The notes beneath the pieces were generated by a model. It saw only the letters and a program-made list of their open reading frames with translations. It was not told the origin of the DNA and searched no databases. This document shows, piece after piece, positions 1 to 14,104 of a stretch of DNA of 64,000 nucleotides (the stretch's first letter is position 1; each line of letters starts with the position of its first letter). Source of the stretch: Lobosporangium transversale (Eukaryota); NCBI RefSeq assembly GCF_002105155.1, contig NW_019029001.1:124001-188000 (forward strand), written 5' to 3'. The translations under genes were made by a program, and so were the position numbers.

Positions 1-163
1 CAAAAGTGTGACCAAGAGATATTAATTGATTCTCCCTTTTTCTTCATTCCCACATTCTCTTGCTCCTCTCCTCTTTCTCCACTTTTACTCACGCCTTGTT
101 TTTTTTTTTTTTTCATCTTCGCCTTCAACTGCCCACTTGAACAACGCTTATATTTCATCCATC

Positions 164-858
164 ATGGGTCTCTCCAAGCGCATCGCTGTCGCTTGCGTGC
201 TCTCGCTTGCTACCTCTGCTTTACTCTTCTCTTCTCCTACTGCTCAAGCATCGCCTGCACCCGCGCCTGATTCATTCAATTCACTCCTCAATGAAGCTGA
301 CCACTTTGTGGACCAGAGCATTCGTGATCTCGAATTCAATTGGGATAATATTGAGGAAAAGGTCCACGGTGTCCTTGACGACCTTTCCGACAAATTCAAG
401 TCCAAAGTTGGCAAGGCCACAGAATGGGCCCGCACTCTCACTCACGAGAGCTTCCCTGGCGTACAGATGCGTCTAAAGGAGCCCAAGCTTTGTGACCCTC
501 ATGTCAAGCAGGTAAAATGATTAAAATTATCGCATGAGAAGAAGAAAGCAGACTTGTAGAGATATGGGTATATGAGTAAGGAGTCTTAGGGAATTATCTG
601 GATCCGCGTCTCCATGATCCTTATGTTATTATTTTTTTGTCTTTCCTGTCCATCTTGTCACCTGTTTTCATCTTGCGCTTGCTTTCTATCCTACTATATG
701 TATCACTTTTTTTTTTTTGCTGCTATTGTTACGCGTGTTTATGAATATGAATGGTGTATTCGCCATGAATCCCGAAGTCAAGTTTTTTAAGCGTGTGTAT
801 ATAAATAGGAGTCTTTGAGGGTGCGACATCAGTAATGGTGATATCTGATATCACTCGC

Positions 859-892
<34 letters not shown>

Positions 893-2255
893 ATTTGAGT
901 TAAGAGCCCTTAGCAGTGAATAGATGAATAGATGAGGAAACAGGGGGATCACACAATGTTATGCTGTTATGCATTGCATCAGTTGTTAGTAACAAATCCT
1001 TCATGTTGTTTATTATGTGTAGTATTCTGGATATCTTGATGTCGGAAGCGATAAGCATTTCTTCTTCTGGTTTTTCGAGTCTCGCAACAAGCCCAAATCG
1101 GATCCTCTGACTCTCTGGCTCAATGGCGGTCCAGGCTGCTCGTCTCTTACTGGATTATTCATGGAGTTAGGCCCTTGTAGTGTTAAGGAGGATGGATCTG
1201 ATACCGTCTATAACCCTTATTCTTGGAACTCCAATTCGTCTATCATTTTCTTGGACCAGCCCACCAATGTTGGATATTCCTACGGCGACTCTGTCTCCAA
1301 CACCTTCACTGCTGCCAAAGATGTCTATGCTCTGCTTCAGGTCTTCTTCAAGGAGTTCCCTGAGTACCAGCGTCTGGACTTCCACATTGCTGGAGAGAGT
1401 TATGCGGGGCACTACATCCCAGCCATTGGCAAAGAAATCAACGACAATAACAAGAAGCTCGCTATTCCCTTGTATCGTGCTCCTGGTGTTCAACATATTA
1501 ACTTGGCATCACTCTTGATTGGTAATGGATTGACAGATCCCAAGACTCAGTACGAGTACTACCCAGAGATGGCTTGCAGAAACTCTTACGGCCCTGTCTT
1601 GAGCGATGCTCAGTGCGACCAGATGACTGCCGCGTATGACACCTGTGCTGATTTAATCCAGGCTTGTTATGACACCAACTCTGTATTCCGCTGCTTGCCC
1701 GCAGCCTCATACTGCAACAGCAAGATGATCGCCCCCTATCAGCAATCTGGACAGAACCCCTATGATGTTCGCAAGAAGTGTGAGGGCGGTGGAGGATTGT
1801 GCTACCCTATCTTGGATGCCATTCAAGATTATCTTAATAGAGATGATGTTAAGCAGGAGCTCGGTGCTCAGGTTGATGAGTACAAATCATGCAATATGCA
1901 GATCAACATGCGCTTTATGCTTCAAGGTGACTGGATGAAGCCTTTCCACTTGATGGTTCCTGACTTGCTCCACGATGGTGTCCGTGTCTTGCTGTATTCT
2001 GGTGATGCGGACTTCATCTGCAACTGGATGGGTAACAAGGCTTGGGCAATTGCCTTGCCATGGGCTGGCCAGAGCAAGATGCAGGAGAAGAGTGACAAGA
2101 AGTGGATTGCAAATGGCCAGCATGCTGGCGATGTCCGTTCGTCCGGCCCTTTGACCTACCTCCGTGCTTTTGGGGGTGGTCACATGTTACCCTATGATAA
2201 GCCTGAGGAGTCGTTGGAGATGTTCAACACCTGGATCAATGGCAATAGATTTTGA
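164..2255 (+). CDS. PRC1: Carboxypeptidase Y-like serine carboxypeptidase (peptidase S10), 2 exons: 164-511, 1023-2255
   Basis: Signal peptide and propeptide; GT..AG intron 512-1022 joins ..CDPHVKQ|YSGYLDV; motifs WLNGGPGCSS, FLDQP, GESYAGHY, GNG, GDADFICN, GGGHMLPYD. Confidence 0.93.
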
Positions 2256-2445
2256 AACAGCAAAATTATCAGCGAATGATGTAGACTCTTCATTATCTGT
2301 TCTTCTCAATTAAATTCAGAAAATAAAGCGTTCCTTGTCGGAGAAATGAGAGAAACGAGATCCTTTTAAGGGTAGTCTTCTACTAAATATGACGACTGTG
2401 AGTTTTTATAGAAATGCATAATTATCACATGAACATGCACACATC

Positions 2446-3311
2446 ATGAAATTCATTCTATTTCGCCATGGCCATTCCCTGGCTAATCAGGAATCTAGGA
2501 TCGTATCATCACTCGAGAACGGTGCTCGAACCTCCGGCGGACCATTAGGAACAGGCTTTGGTTTGTCAGATAGAGGCAAACAAGAGGTCGCATCGGTAAT
2601 GAAAGATATTCCTGTTCAGAATTAGGAAAAGCATGCCTTTTAATCAATCATATGCTAATAGTCTATGACTCAATTTACATTTAGTCAGCAAGATCATTGT
2701 CAAACTTCATTCTTGAATCCACCAAGGCAGGTCAGAAAGCTAAGATCAAGATCTTGACCTCACCATTTCAAAGAACAATCCAAACTGCCAGTATTATCCT
2801 TCGAGAGCTTCAGACGACCTTTAAAAAAAGTAAGGAAGCCGGATCACCAGAAACCACCCGCATGATCGTGATGGAAAATAAAGATGAACCGGAATTATGT
2901 ATGGATTTGAGAGAGCGATTCTTTGGAGAGTTTGAGATGAAAACACCCTCAGACGAATTGTACGCGAGGGTCTGGCGCGAGGATGCCTTTAATCCTTTTC
3001 ATGAGCGATATGGAGTAGAGAGTGTCGTGAGTGTGACGAAACGAATGACGGATGTTATTCGAGACCACGAATGCAAAGAAATGAAAAATCGCGAGGTATC
3101 GTCACCATTGTCGAGTCTTCCGGATGAACAAGAGCAAGAGCACGGGGAGACATGGATCGTTTTGGTGAGCCATGGCGATTCCCTTCAGATCCTACAGGCA
3201 GCCATGCATGGCCTGAGCGGTGATCGTCATCGACAATTGGATCATTTGGATACCGCCTGTTGGAGAGACGTACAGTGGTGCGAAGCGTTAGCAGAGGCAC
3301 ATCATCGCTAA
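2446..3311 (+). CDS. Histidine phosphatase / phosphoglycerate mutase family protein, 2 exons: 2446-2595, 2685-3311
   Basis: Exon 1 reads MKFILFRHGHSLAN (RHG motif); in-frame GT..AG intron; SPFQRT, LRERFFG and LVSHGD motifs. Confidence 0.88.
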
Positions 3312-6300
3312 TCAGAAAAAATATCTAGAATACATGAATAAGAGACATATACGGATTTCATCCGCAAACAGCATACATTGGACCTATGAAGCTCATTGTT
3401 TGGATATGCCGCTTGGTAAGCAGCATGGTTCTCATGGCTACTTAGTCTGGAAACTATATTCGTAATTATGGCTTGAATTATTAAATACAAAAAAGGATGC
3501 TACCATGTTCCTTCCTGCTTTGCTCACTGTTAACGCTCAAAATCATGTGGACCTGCCAGAGGCGTAGACCCCAATGAGAGAAATCGATGTTGATAACAAA
3601 GACAATTAGTTGTCCTCTTGCTGTGTACAATGTGTTCAACACTGCTCTACTTTATATGTTATAAGCATTCCACGTGTCGCCTTCAAGTTCCAAGGGGTTA
3701 GGTATTATTTTTATTTTTTTATTCTTACCATGATAAGATCATTGGATTCATTCTCATCCAAGAGGATTTTATGAGCTGCTAACCCGGCTTTGGTGCTACA
3801 GAAACCAAAGCTTTCTGGCGACTGTATACCTCCCCAACATCCGGGTGATGCTATTGATCTGGCTCAAGAAATGGACCCTCAATTCTAGCTAGGAGCTTTG
3901 CTTGGATGAAGAATGAAGCAAAATCCAAACTACGCAGGCATGGGAGGTTATGATGGAGAACCAACTTCAACGCTAATTTATTTTTTGGACATGGTCGGTT
4001 ATTGCAGTGAATAGAAGATACGTAACACAATCTCAGTACAAATCACCCATATAGGCCCCTAAGTTTGATGATAAGGAGGAATGGTATCCCGATGATGGTA
4101 ATGATCAAGAGATGCAATATGTCTTCTGTTTTCATGAAACTGATAAAGTTGCAAGAAAATGACAGTATTGCGGGAAGCCACGCCTAGTAGATATTATTAA
4201 CTTGTTTCCAGAGAAACTCATACCATAATATGCCGTCCCATATCCTATAGATCATTAATATTTGAATGAAGTGATGAAAGAAAGAAGAGATGGAGTACAT
4301 GAAAAAGAAGAATCAATCAGCTGTTTGTACAAGTGGATGCAAAAAGAAAAGGTTAAGAACATTTCCATGTACTGCGTATGTACTCCCCACCTTCGGACAA
4401 TTATAACATCCGACTTGGAAAACAATTGACTAAGTTTTTAGCCTTAAAGGAAATGATGATCTGCAATAGCCGATGAAGGCCCGTTTTGGAACAATAATGT
4501 TGAAAGAGATAATGATAAGGCTGATTAAAAAAAAAAAAAAAAAAAAAAAAAGAAACCTCTCCAGTCCAAACAACTAAAGAGAACATGACTTGAGATGATA
4601 GCGACAATGATAAAAACGGTTTTTAATGGCCTTCTTCTGATTCTAGTTAATTTAGCATTCATACAAAAGGTTCCTTAGTATGACGTATTTCGCAATAGCA
4701 ACTATGAGGAGAAAAGTCAAGAATCTGGTGGCTGAACATGGGCAACTCTTTCATCATTATTTATCCTATATTGATTTGTGTTGTTGTCCCACGTTGGCCT
4801 AGCTTTAATTGTGGGCTGAGTTACTACATCTTATGGTTAACATATGGCCTCGTCTGAGTCATCAAGGTTCTTCAGGGTTAAAAGGCATTAGGAATATGAT
4901 CACAAAGAGTATATTAAATAAAGCATGGCTACGCTTTTTTTCTTTTTTAGTTTCTAACCGATTTCACATGAAAGTGCAGGGGCCACATTCAACTTTGACT
5001 CGTGTCAAGGAACCATGTAAACCTGTATAAAAGTAACAAAATTGCTTACCTTAATATTCTTCTATACCTCTTTATTTACTTTGTTGCTCAAAAAATCTTA
5101 TTATAAATATATTTATACAATGTACAAACACCTTTTCCCATCAAACACGTTTTTGACCAACCTATTTTCGATCCTTCCTCCACATTTCCCTGTCTATACC
5201 AAGTCTTCACATGCGAATTTCACAGATTTGTTTTTGCGAAAAACATATTTTGGAAAGCCTGTCTAATGTGGACTTGTTTTTCACGGTTCTGCTCGATTAG
5301 GCAAACAATTGCAATTGAGAAGGTGGGCGAAATAAAAAGATATTTCAAAGATGGATGCAAAGTGTCTGAGTAATTTCAACTGGAGTGGTATCCTCTGTCC
5401 TCTAAAATAAAGAAAATTGAGCGTCTATTTTTTTTTTTTTTAGATCAAGTAACGGATGTTGACTGATGCGAGCCATGGCATGCCATCCCCATAAAAATCA
5501 TACATCTTGTTCAACCATGTTTTACCTTAGTCGTGCTCATATTATGTATATATATATAATATACATGTAATATCCAGCTATTGTTTTTTGTGATCAGAAT
5601 GTTTATGGAGTCTAGAAAAACGTATGACGTTAAAGGCTACCGGAAACCTTAGCTATTGAGCACGATGATGACTTTTCAGGGACATGGGAGGAGATTCAAC
5701 GGTTCGGCTAGGATCGGACTATTAATTATTCACCCGTCTCTATCCGATTGGATGGCTTAGCAGCCTACAGGCCCAAGTGATCCCTTTTCCAGGGCCATCA
5801 AGAAACATTTAATTATTATATAAACTAAGAGATATAAACGAATGCTAAATAATGTTACATATAATATACATTTGGATACTATCATTGAAATCATTTATCC
5901 AAAGCAGAGTTCAGAAAAGGCCTAAGTTATTAGTCTAGTGCATGGAGCATTAATTGGAAAGTCATTCAACTTGACTACAGTACAGCATTGAAGGAGCATT
6001 GGAATAAAACAATGAGATAGACGGAGTTATCACCTGTTAAAATATTCATGTCATACCTTTTTCTTATATGTACGTACACCCATACACCATCGATAGATAC
6101 AAACCATCGGTCATCTTTTTTCCATCTATTCCTTTCTCATTCGAATCAGTAGATCTTCTTCTTTTCATCCATGTGTCTAAACTTGCATACATATGGTCAA
6201 AAGATCTGATTGTATACTTCAAGTGATACGTTGGAATCATAGGATCTAGAGGATTTACGCGTTTTGTACTGATTTTTTTTTTCTTTGTATATTCTTATTA

Positions 6301-6712
6301 ACATTATTATTTATTTGGTCTTCTCTCTTTCCTCCCCTTCTGAGCTCTTCGAGAGTTCAAGAGTTGCGAAGAGAGAACCAAGGACTATTGTTTGAAGACA
6401 GTTATAGACAGACTCCATTCTGATCAATCAATTCTTCTCTTCCCATGGATATTGAAACAGTTCATTTAGATAAGGGTCGTCTGCTTCAAGACGTGTTCTT
6501 GGATTAAAATGGCATGTGCGGCTGCCAAGGCCAAGACTTTCTGTTGTGGAGACGAAAGTTTTGTCCGTTCTGTCCATACTCTCTCTGCCAACTTTTACAA
6601 GCGATAACCACTACTTTACTTTGTTAACTTCCTCCTTTTTGTCTTATTGTTTCCCTTGTTGACTAGGAGGTGAGTCAAGGAAGCAAAGAAAAAAAAAATA
6701 CGAACGGAGTTG

Positions 6713-6747
<35 letters not shown>

Positions 6748-9728
6748 TCTCCCCTGTTCCACTGCCTTTCCTTCAGTGACTAATGCAAAGGATACAAGGA
6801 GAGGGCAATTTCCTCTATTATTTATGCCTTTTGCTTTTGTGGAGGAAACGGATAATACAGATTACCTGGTGCACGCGCACTGTCCTTCTCTTCCTTCTAT
6901 CTTTTGTTACAAACAGATGCTTTGTTCTCTCTCTGTCTTCTCTTCTCTTGGCATAAAAAAGGTACTCTGCGTCTCCTTTTTTCATTCTTGGGGTAGAGCA
7001 TTTAGCATGATAGCGGTAGAAATGGTAAAGAGGCAGGCTTGTGATTTTTTCACGAAATGCGGAGATATCAAGACGATAGATATAAATTGTATTGGAGAGA
7101 CCCAGGTCGTCACAAAAGTCGAAGGAGAAAGAGACCAAGTCGAATATCATGGGCCTGACCCCTCAATGATAATGCTGATAGAGATGACATAAAACCACTC
7201 GTCAGCGTTGTATTTGCCACTGAAATCGTGAACCCGGCCTTTTTTTTTTTTTTTTTTTTTTTGTCTAAACTCCTATTCTTTGGGGATGACCAACATACCA
7301 TCATATTTGCCATCGGGTCAGCCCCTGAAAAGTGGTCAGAACTCGGGCCACTTTCAGTTAGCAAGAGAAAATAACATTGGCAACAACCACAAAAAAAAAA
7401 AAAGAACGAAAGTTTGTCAAAGTACAGATGGTATGATGAGCTGTGCTTAGGTTAATTGTCTCACTCGTCAAAACATGTTCCCTTACTCCACTCTTTTTTC
7501 CCTTGCTCCACAACCTCTTTGTGAAGTGTCTTTCTTGTCTTACATGAGGTTTTGGCCTCGGCGTATGGGGGATATAATGCATCCTGGAAAATGCTGTGGA
7601 AATTGCATACGCGGATAGCCTTTGAAAGAAAGAATTTGCAGAAAAAAAAAAAAGCGAGGATGTGGCGATAGACAGGGCACCTCCCCAAGTTTCCCTTTTT
7701 TCAACAATAAATAGATGAAGCAGGTGCAGGCGTAAGTATAGTCGGGCCTTTTGCCTTTACCGAGGCTTAATGCCGCAATGAAAGGGGCAAATGAACGAAT
7801 AGAAGGATACACCACGTATATAAAAAAAAAAAATGAAATAAAAAATAAAAAGGTAGGAGGTAGGAAGGGGCGTCTCCACTGTCAAGTATTGGTTCTAATT
7901 TGATTCTGTGGTTTGCTTTTTCTCGCTTAATGCCAATAACGTAAACGCAAATACCAGTGTTGTTGTTTGGTGGTACAGAGACTGATGTAATGATGCGACG
8001 CGCGTTTTTTTAGTCTTAGTTAGCTGGTCATGGCATTGTTATTGTGGTGCGAGGCTAATAAACAAACATGTAGAATGCTGTGCGTTGCCTATTCGGCTCT
8101 ATCTCAAAGTGGGTCTTGTAGAGCTTGATACCGACCACGTTTAGACGCGCATGTTTATTTTGTTTTATATAACTAACACGACATGGTGAAGAGATATGGT
8201 TTAACAGACAATTATAGATGGTGCATGTAGATTGTTTCTTGACAAGTTGATATGCAACGTAATTATTATTCGTGAATATGTGAACCTTTTTCTGCCTTGT
8301 TTATAAAAAAAAAATAAAAGTATATAAATAAGGACAGACATTTCGGACCGTTATAGGGCCATCAGTTACTCTTCTTTTTGTTTAGCTTGTTCTTGCCTTT
8401 GATAATGGATGGATCAATCTGGCGAATACCGATGGATATTATGGGCGCGTGTGACGACAGTTCGTCGGTCTCGGATTCATTGTCTAATAAAATACAATTC
8501 CATATATCTTTATATTCATTTTTGAAGGAAAGAGCGGAGTGGAGTGGAGTAGGATGGAGCAGGGCTAAGTGCTCAACTATTGGATCGAGGATCACTTTGA
8601 CAAATTTATCGATACAAATGACATGTTATACGAATAAAAGTATAGAGTGTTATAAAATAAATTTAACATATTTTATTTTCTTTCCCAGCACACTCCACAT
8701 TGCTCACTTTCACATGCTTACGGTTTTACTTATTGCAATGTTCTCTAATGTCCCTATTTGTGTCTTTCTTTTCTTTGAGAGGACGGGCCAAGCACTCTCC
8801 CCCTCCACTTTTCTTTACAAAAAGTAAAATATTATATATATATATATACATATTTATATATCTGTATGTGTTATACGCATAATATATATATTTATATATA
8901 TTCAGTAATGGCTAACATTCTGTCTTTTTTTATTTTTTATGTTGACATATGCGATATCCGTAAAAGGAAATCACATCTGGCACTTTAATATGAACGTGGA
9001 GAATAGCTAATAAAAACGTGCACAAGAACACAACTGAACGATGTGCTTCTTATAACATTTTCTTTCTCTATTTGTTTAAGAAGTCAAAAAGTGTTCTTCA
9101 GGTCAGTTTGTTGACCTTTTGATCGGATGATCATTTCGTTACAATGATATGGACTCTATTGCCATTATCTATCTACTCTTCTGATTTCTTCAACAAGGAT
9201 GTATTGAGAATAAGTGACGAGAATGGAACGGAGGGTTGACTGAGAATGGCGAGGAGGGGTCCAAAATTTGGATCGAGAACAAGACAGAAGCGGCCGTGGT
9301 TGTGATTTGCTAACCATATAAACAAGCTGGTTTGATAAGACGACATATGTTTGTTGCGGTTAAAAAAATAAAATATAAAATATTACAGTATAAGAATATA
9401 AAAACATGCATATAATGAGAATATTTGATCCTTGCTAAGATGTGAGCATTATCACTATTCAGTCCAATACAAAAAAAAAGACGCACCCCTGTCAACAACC
9501 ACACAATCACACCACTTTTCAGTGGAAGCCCGCAAAGTTACAAGTTAGTAAGTATATCTATAATATTTTTATATTGATGAAGATTTTAAAGGTTTAAAAT
9601 ATTCACTATTTACTATTTACTTTTGTTTATTAAATCTGTCGGTCTCTCTGTTTGCTCGCATTCACATTTTGCGCAACCGAACCTATGCTAGACCCCTACC
9701 CTTCCTTCTCCTTGGAAGGAAAGGTCGG

Positions 9729-9756
9729 TATAAAAGGGAACTCTTCCCCACCCCGC
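9729..9756 (+). promoter_or_regulatory. Putative TATA box (TATAAAAG) followed by two SYGGRG (CreA/Mig1-type) sites on the minus strand
   Basis: TATAAAAG at 9729-9736; CCCCAC 9746-9751 and CCCCGC 9751-9756; followed by a CT-rich leader before the C2H2 gene. Confidence 0.4.
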
Positions 9757-10107
9757 TCTTCCTCCTTCGACGTCCTTTTCTTTTCTTTTCTTTTCATTTT
9801 CTTCTTTTCATTTCTTCTTCTTCTTTCCCTTCATACTCTTGCTCTTGCTCTTGTTCTTTCTCTTTCTCTTGTTCTTTCTCTTCATTATCTTCACTTCAAC
9901 TAATCATCATTATCTCTATTGTCCTTAACCTCTCTTTTGAAACGACCCTTGTTCTATTTCACATTTGACTTGAGATTTGAACACAATAAACTAAAACACA
10001 CGATCATCCAAACAATATCCACACACACCACTCTTTCCACACAACGTACATACAAATAAGCTTACAATAGCCAACAATTATCGCTTACACACGGATACAT
10101 CACAACA

Positions 10108-11355
10108 ATGTCGTCTACATCCTCTTCTCCTTCATCCTTTTCACTCGCTACTATCATGAATGATCCTGCTCCAGTAGACAAGAGTCGGGATACCAGCAGG
10201 TCTGGCACCCCTACTTCCTCCAGTGCTGATTCAGATCATGATGCTCCCGAACAGGCTGTTCGTCCATATGAATGCCATCTCTGCGATAAATCTTTCTTTC
10301 GTCTAGAGCACCAAACACGTCATATCCGCACCCACACTGGCGAAAAACCTCATCCTTGCGACTTTCCCAACTGTGACAAACGCTTCTCGCGATCAGATGA
10401 ACTCACTCGTCATATGAAGGCCCATACCTCTGCCTGCAAGACCGGTAATGCAGACATTCTCTCCACCTCTCCTCATCACTATGCTACCTATCAAGAATAT
10501 CTCCATGCTCTCGAATCTGCAGAATGGGCCCGGAAGCATATCTGTCCCGTGCCCAATTGCTATAAATCCTTCACTCGATCTGGTCATCTTGCTCGTCACA
10601 TCCGTTCCCATACCTCTGAGAAGCTGTTTGTCTGTCCAGTTGAGAGCTGTGGCCTTGGCTTCACGCGTTCAGATGCCCTTCGCGAACACACCAGAACACA
10701 TGTCATCCGTAACAGGAGCCGCAAGCCCGAGAATCTCAAAGCCAGGTCAAACAGCGGAAAGAAGTCTACTTCTCATTCGCCTGCCAGCTCTGCGCGTTCA
10801 TCCGTCTCGCCTTATCATTCTGAATCGGAGGATTCTATGCCTGAAGTCCCATCTTGGGCTAGGATGACGCCCATCCATCCTCCCAATGCTGTTCAATCTA
10901 ACGTGGATAGATCTTTTGTATCTCAACATGCCAGCTTTAATAACATCAGTAACAACAGCGATTTGTTTGCAGAGCACACAAGCATGCTTCAAACTCCTCC
11001 TTACTCCCCCCCCACATCCCCACGTTATAACAGTGTGAGCTCGACTCGGTATGCAGTAGCGCCCTATCCTCAATTCAAACAGCAGTCTGCACTCCAGCCT
11101 AGTCTTCCTTCGCTGATGGAGACCAACTATAACTTGCACCAGCATCACCATCAGAACAGCAATAACTGCAGCCATCGCATCAGTGACATCTTGAATGGTT
11201 CAACCAACTTGTCGCTTCCTCCACCCACCCCTAGCGGCAATAATAATTCTAATAGCAATGGTAGCAACAACAGCAGCAACAATAACGGACTGAGCTTCGG
11301 ACCAGAATTTAGCAGGACATTGCCTCCTATCTCGTCCTTGCTTCCTATCTTTTAA
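10108..11355 (+). CDS. CreA/Mig1-like C2H2 zinc-finger transcription factor with four fingers
   Basis: [30 protein letters not shown]....[13 protein letters not shown] is the CreA/Mig1 finger pair; a second pair (CPVPNC..H, CPVESC..H) follows; C-terminal TLPPISSLL; intronless. Confidence 0.88.
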   Translation: MSSTSSSPSSFSLATIMNDPAPVDKSRDTSRSGTPTSSSADSDHDAPEQAVRPYECHLCDKSFFRLEHQTRHIRTHTGEKPHPCDFPNCDKRFSRSDELTRHMKAHTSACKTGNADILSTSPHHYATYQEYLHALESAEWARKHICPVPNCYKSFTRSGHLARHIRSHTSEKLFVCPVESCGLGFTRSDALREHTRTHVIRNRSRKPENLKARSNSGKKSTSHSPASSARSSVSPYHSESEDSMPEVPSWARMTPIHPPNAVQSNVDRSFVSQHASFNNISNNSDLFAEHTSMLQTPPYSPPTSPRYNSVSSTRYAVAPYPQFKQQSALQPSLPSLMETNYNLHQHHHQNSNNCSHRISDILNGSTNLSLPPPTPSGNNNSNSNGSNNSSNNNGLSFGPEFSRTLPPISSLLPIF

Positions 11356-11523
11356 AAGGCAATACTATCTTTCGAGTCTTTCGTGGAGAAACATCTTCAT
11401 GAGTTCATCTTGTACATAGCTCCTATCCAACTACATACATATTAATATTATCATTATCACTTTTTATTTTAGTTATTTTTTGTATTTCTCTTTTCATCTC
11501 TGTAGACAATTGCTTTGCTATAC

Positions 11524-11562
<39 letters not shown>

Positions 11563-13641
11563 TACATAATAATTTCACATTCCCATAATGATAATAAAAT
11601 TAGCATTCAATCCGAGCTGACATATGAAGGCGTGTGGTGCTGTATAAAAAAGATTCATTTCTACCAACTCATGTAATAGAAGAATAAAAACCATTACATG
11701 TGGCTTTGACTTATTTCACTTATACAGCTATAGATGACTATTCTGTCGATCAAGGATATCACGTTTTCCCTAAATGACTGGTAACTTTGATCCGTTGCGA
11801 CACAAGAGTAACAAAAAGGATATGCCGCTATCAATGACATCCTGACAACACTGATCACTTTATGGTTCCTTTTTTATTTTATTCTATTAGAATCAATATG
11901 TCAACTCATGCTTCTGTTTTGTAAATAACAAGGTATGGCCCATCAGTTCCATCAAAGAAGGAAATAAAATAAACATTAGTAAGGGTAGAATACAACATTA
12001 GACAAGCAAGAACACCTTGCAAACCTTGTATAACATGAACATAAAAATCACACATGCATTGCAAATGAGCATGAAAAAGGGTGGATGCCCATTTGTGGAG
12101 CAAATTTCGACCGTTGAAAACCTTAAAGTGTGATTAAGAGCTCCGAATGTGTGCAGCCGTCGGTCGTCGTAAACCTGAGTTGGGTCGTCTTCCTAACCGA
12201 GCCGTCACCCTTTATCTCTTCTCATCTTTTTTCTATTTAGCAACCTGTTTTTGAGCAATTTTTCTATTTATTATATATATGTGCATGTATATATATTTAA
12301 TCTGAAGTTTCCATGAGGAGCATTGTTAAATATTTTTTACTATTGTCTATTTCATCTCATGTTCCCCTAAAATATCAGATTGGATTGACGAATGTCAGTG
12401 AGTTTGTCTTTCGGACTATGCTGGGAACCCCTTCTGTTCGTCGTGCGTTGATTCAATTCATCAAACCAGAACGACTCTTATTACCAATCTTGTAAACATC
12501 CAAGTAACTTGAGGACTGTCAACTATGTTACAAAGAAAGGAATTCGATCACTGACAATGCCAAGACTGGATGAAATAAAATAAAAAATAAAAAAAATAAA
12601 AAAAAAAAACAAGGACTCTCTTGTTTTTGTACATACCTTTATGTCTATGCAACCCCACCGGAAGTATTTTGAATAAGCCTACCAAGTTTATTGATCTTCT
12701 TCGTGTTCTCACTTTCAGATGCTCTCAAGATTTTTTTTATCTTATTCTTCGTGTCGCCTTGGGAAAGTATTCCCAGAAAGATATAAATCAACCTTTGTCA
12801 ATTTGTTGTTAGTCAGCCTTTTATTTTAAGTGTAAACAGTGTAAACAATGTAAACAACATGGTTCAAGCAATAAAAAACTGGCATGCCAATTTTCTCTCT
12901 TACATCTCGCTATGCTCTTTTTTTTTTCTTCTTCCTTCTTCAATAGGTTTGTGTAAGTTGATTCGTAAGCTCGAACAGAGTTTAGGAGAAAGATATTTAA
13001 TATTCGCGTGCTGAAATATGGCATGAGGCCCAACACGTTGAGACAAAGGATAAATACATTCCGTACAAACAATCATTAACGAGCACATGTGCCTCACCGT
13101 TTTGCCTCTCACAATGCAGCACACGCATCCTATCGATTGTCTACTATGTCTTTTGAATTGTGTAGGTTCGCGTAAAACTCGTGTGTAAAAAAAAGGTGAA
13201 ATGAAGGGCATCCTTGTTTTTTTTTAATACTTTACGATTCAGATAGGAATCAGCTCTTATTTGAATGGACCTTTTGAAGACAGCTAGGATAGATTCCTAT
13301 CCTAATCCTATTCTACATTCCTTGTAGCTTCTCATGTCCCGTATCATATGTGCAGCCCCGGTTGCTCGATCCCTCACGTGAATCCAACCAGTTAATTATT
13401 ACATCTCCAGTAATAGCTTTGTCTAAGTCTAACTGTAACATTATTAAATAGCATATCATATGACATATGATAAATTTAGGATATGATGCGTTATGGCATG
13501 ATGCGTTATCCAAGATCAACCTTTGACTCCCACACTCTTTTTCTCTTTTTTCATATCACTTTTCTTTCTTCGTTTACAAGCACCAGGAAAACGCGGTTAC
13601 AAGCGAAAAGACTTTAAATCCACGTATTCATATCTTCAATT

Positions 13642-14073
13642 ATGCCTCCAGCTGCTATCCCGTCAACGCTCGCTGACCGCCTCACGGCTCTTGTCAAGGT
13701 AAAGACCAAAATATATATATATAAAAGAAAAAAAATCAACAAGAGTAAAGCAATGAAAGGCATGCCAACTGAGGAAAGAACAAAGCGGCAAAGCAATATG
13801 GGCAGGGTCGTATGATTGGAATAAAAATGGGCAATAATGTATGTGCAATACAAAGGATCCATAGACAGACCGGCAGACTGACAGATGAGAAGTGCTTTCA
13901 CCATTAAGCTGAGGATATCAAAGGCAACAACAAGCATGACGTACCGCTTTCAGAAGTCTGTATTGGAAGTTTTATGCATGGATTGGCTCTCTCACAGTAC
14001 ATCAACACACAAGAATGATCAGCCTCTTGTCATCATAACTATGGGCTAGGACATGAATCACTTGAATTAGGGA

Positions 14074-14104
<31 letters not shown>

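Noticed and set aside
4401..9968. Many short ORFs upstream of the C2H2 gene
   Set aside because: Driven by poly-A/T and CT-rich tracts, mostly non-ATG starts, no domains
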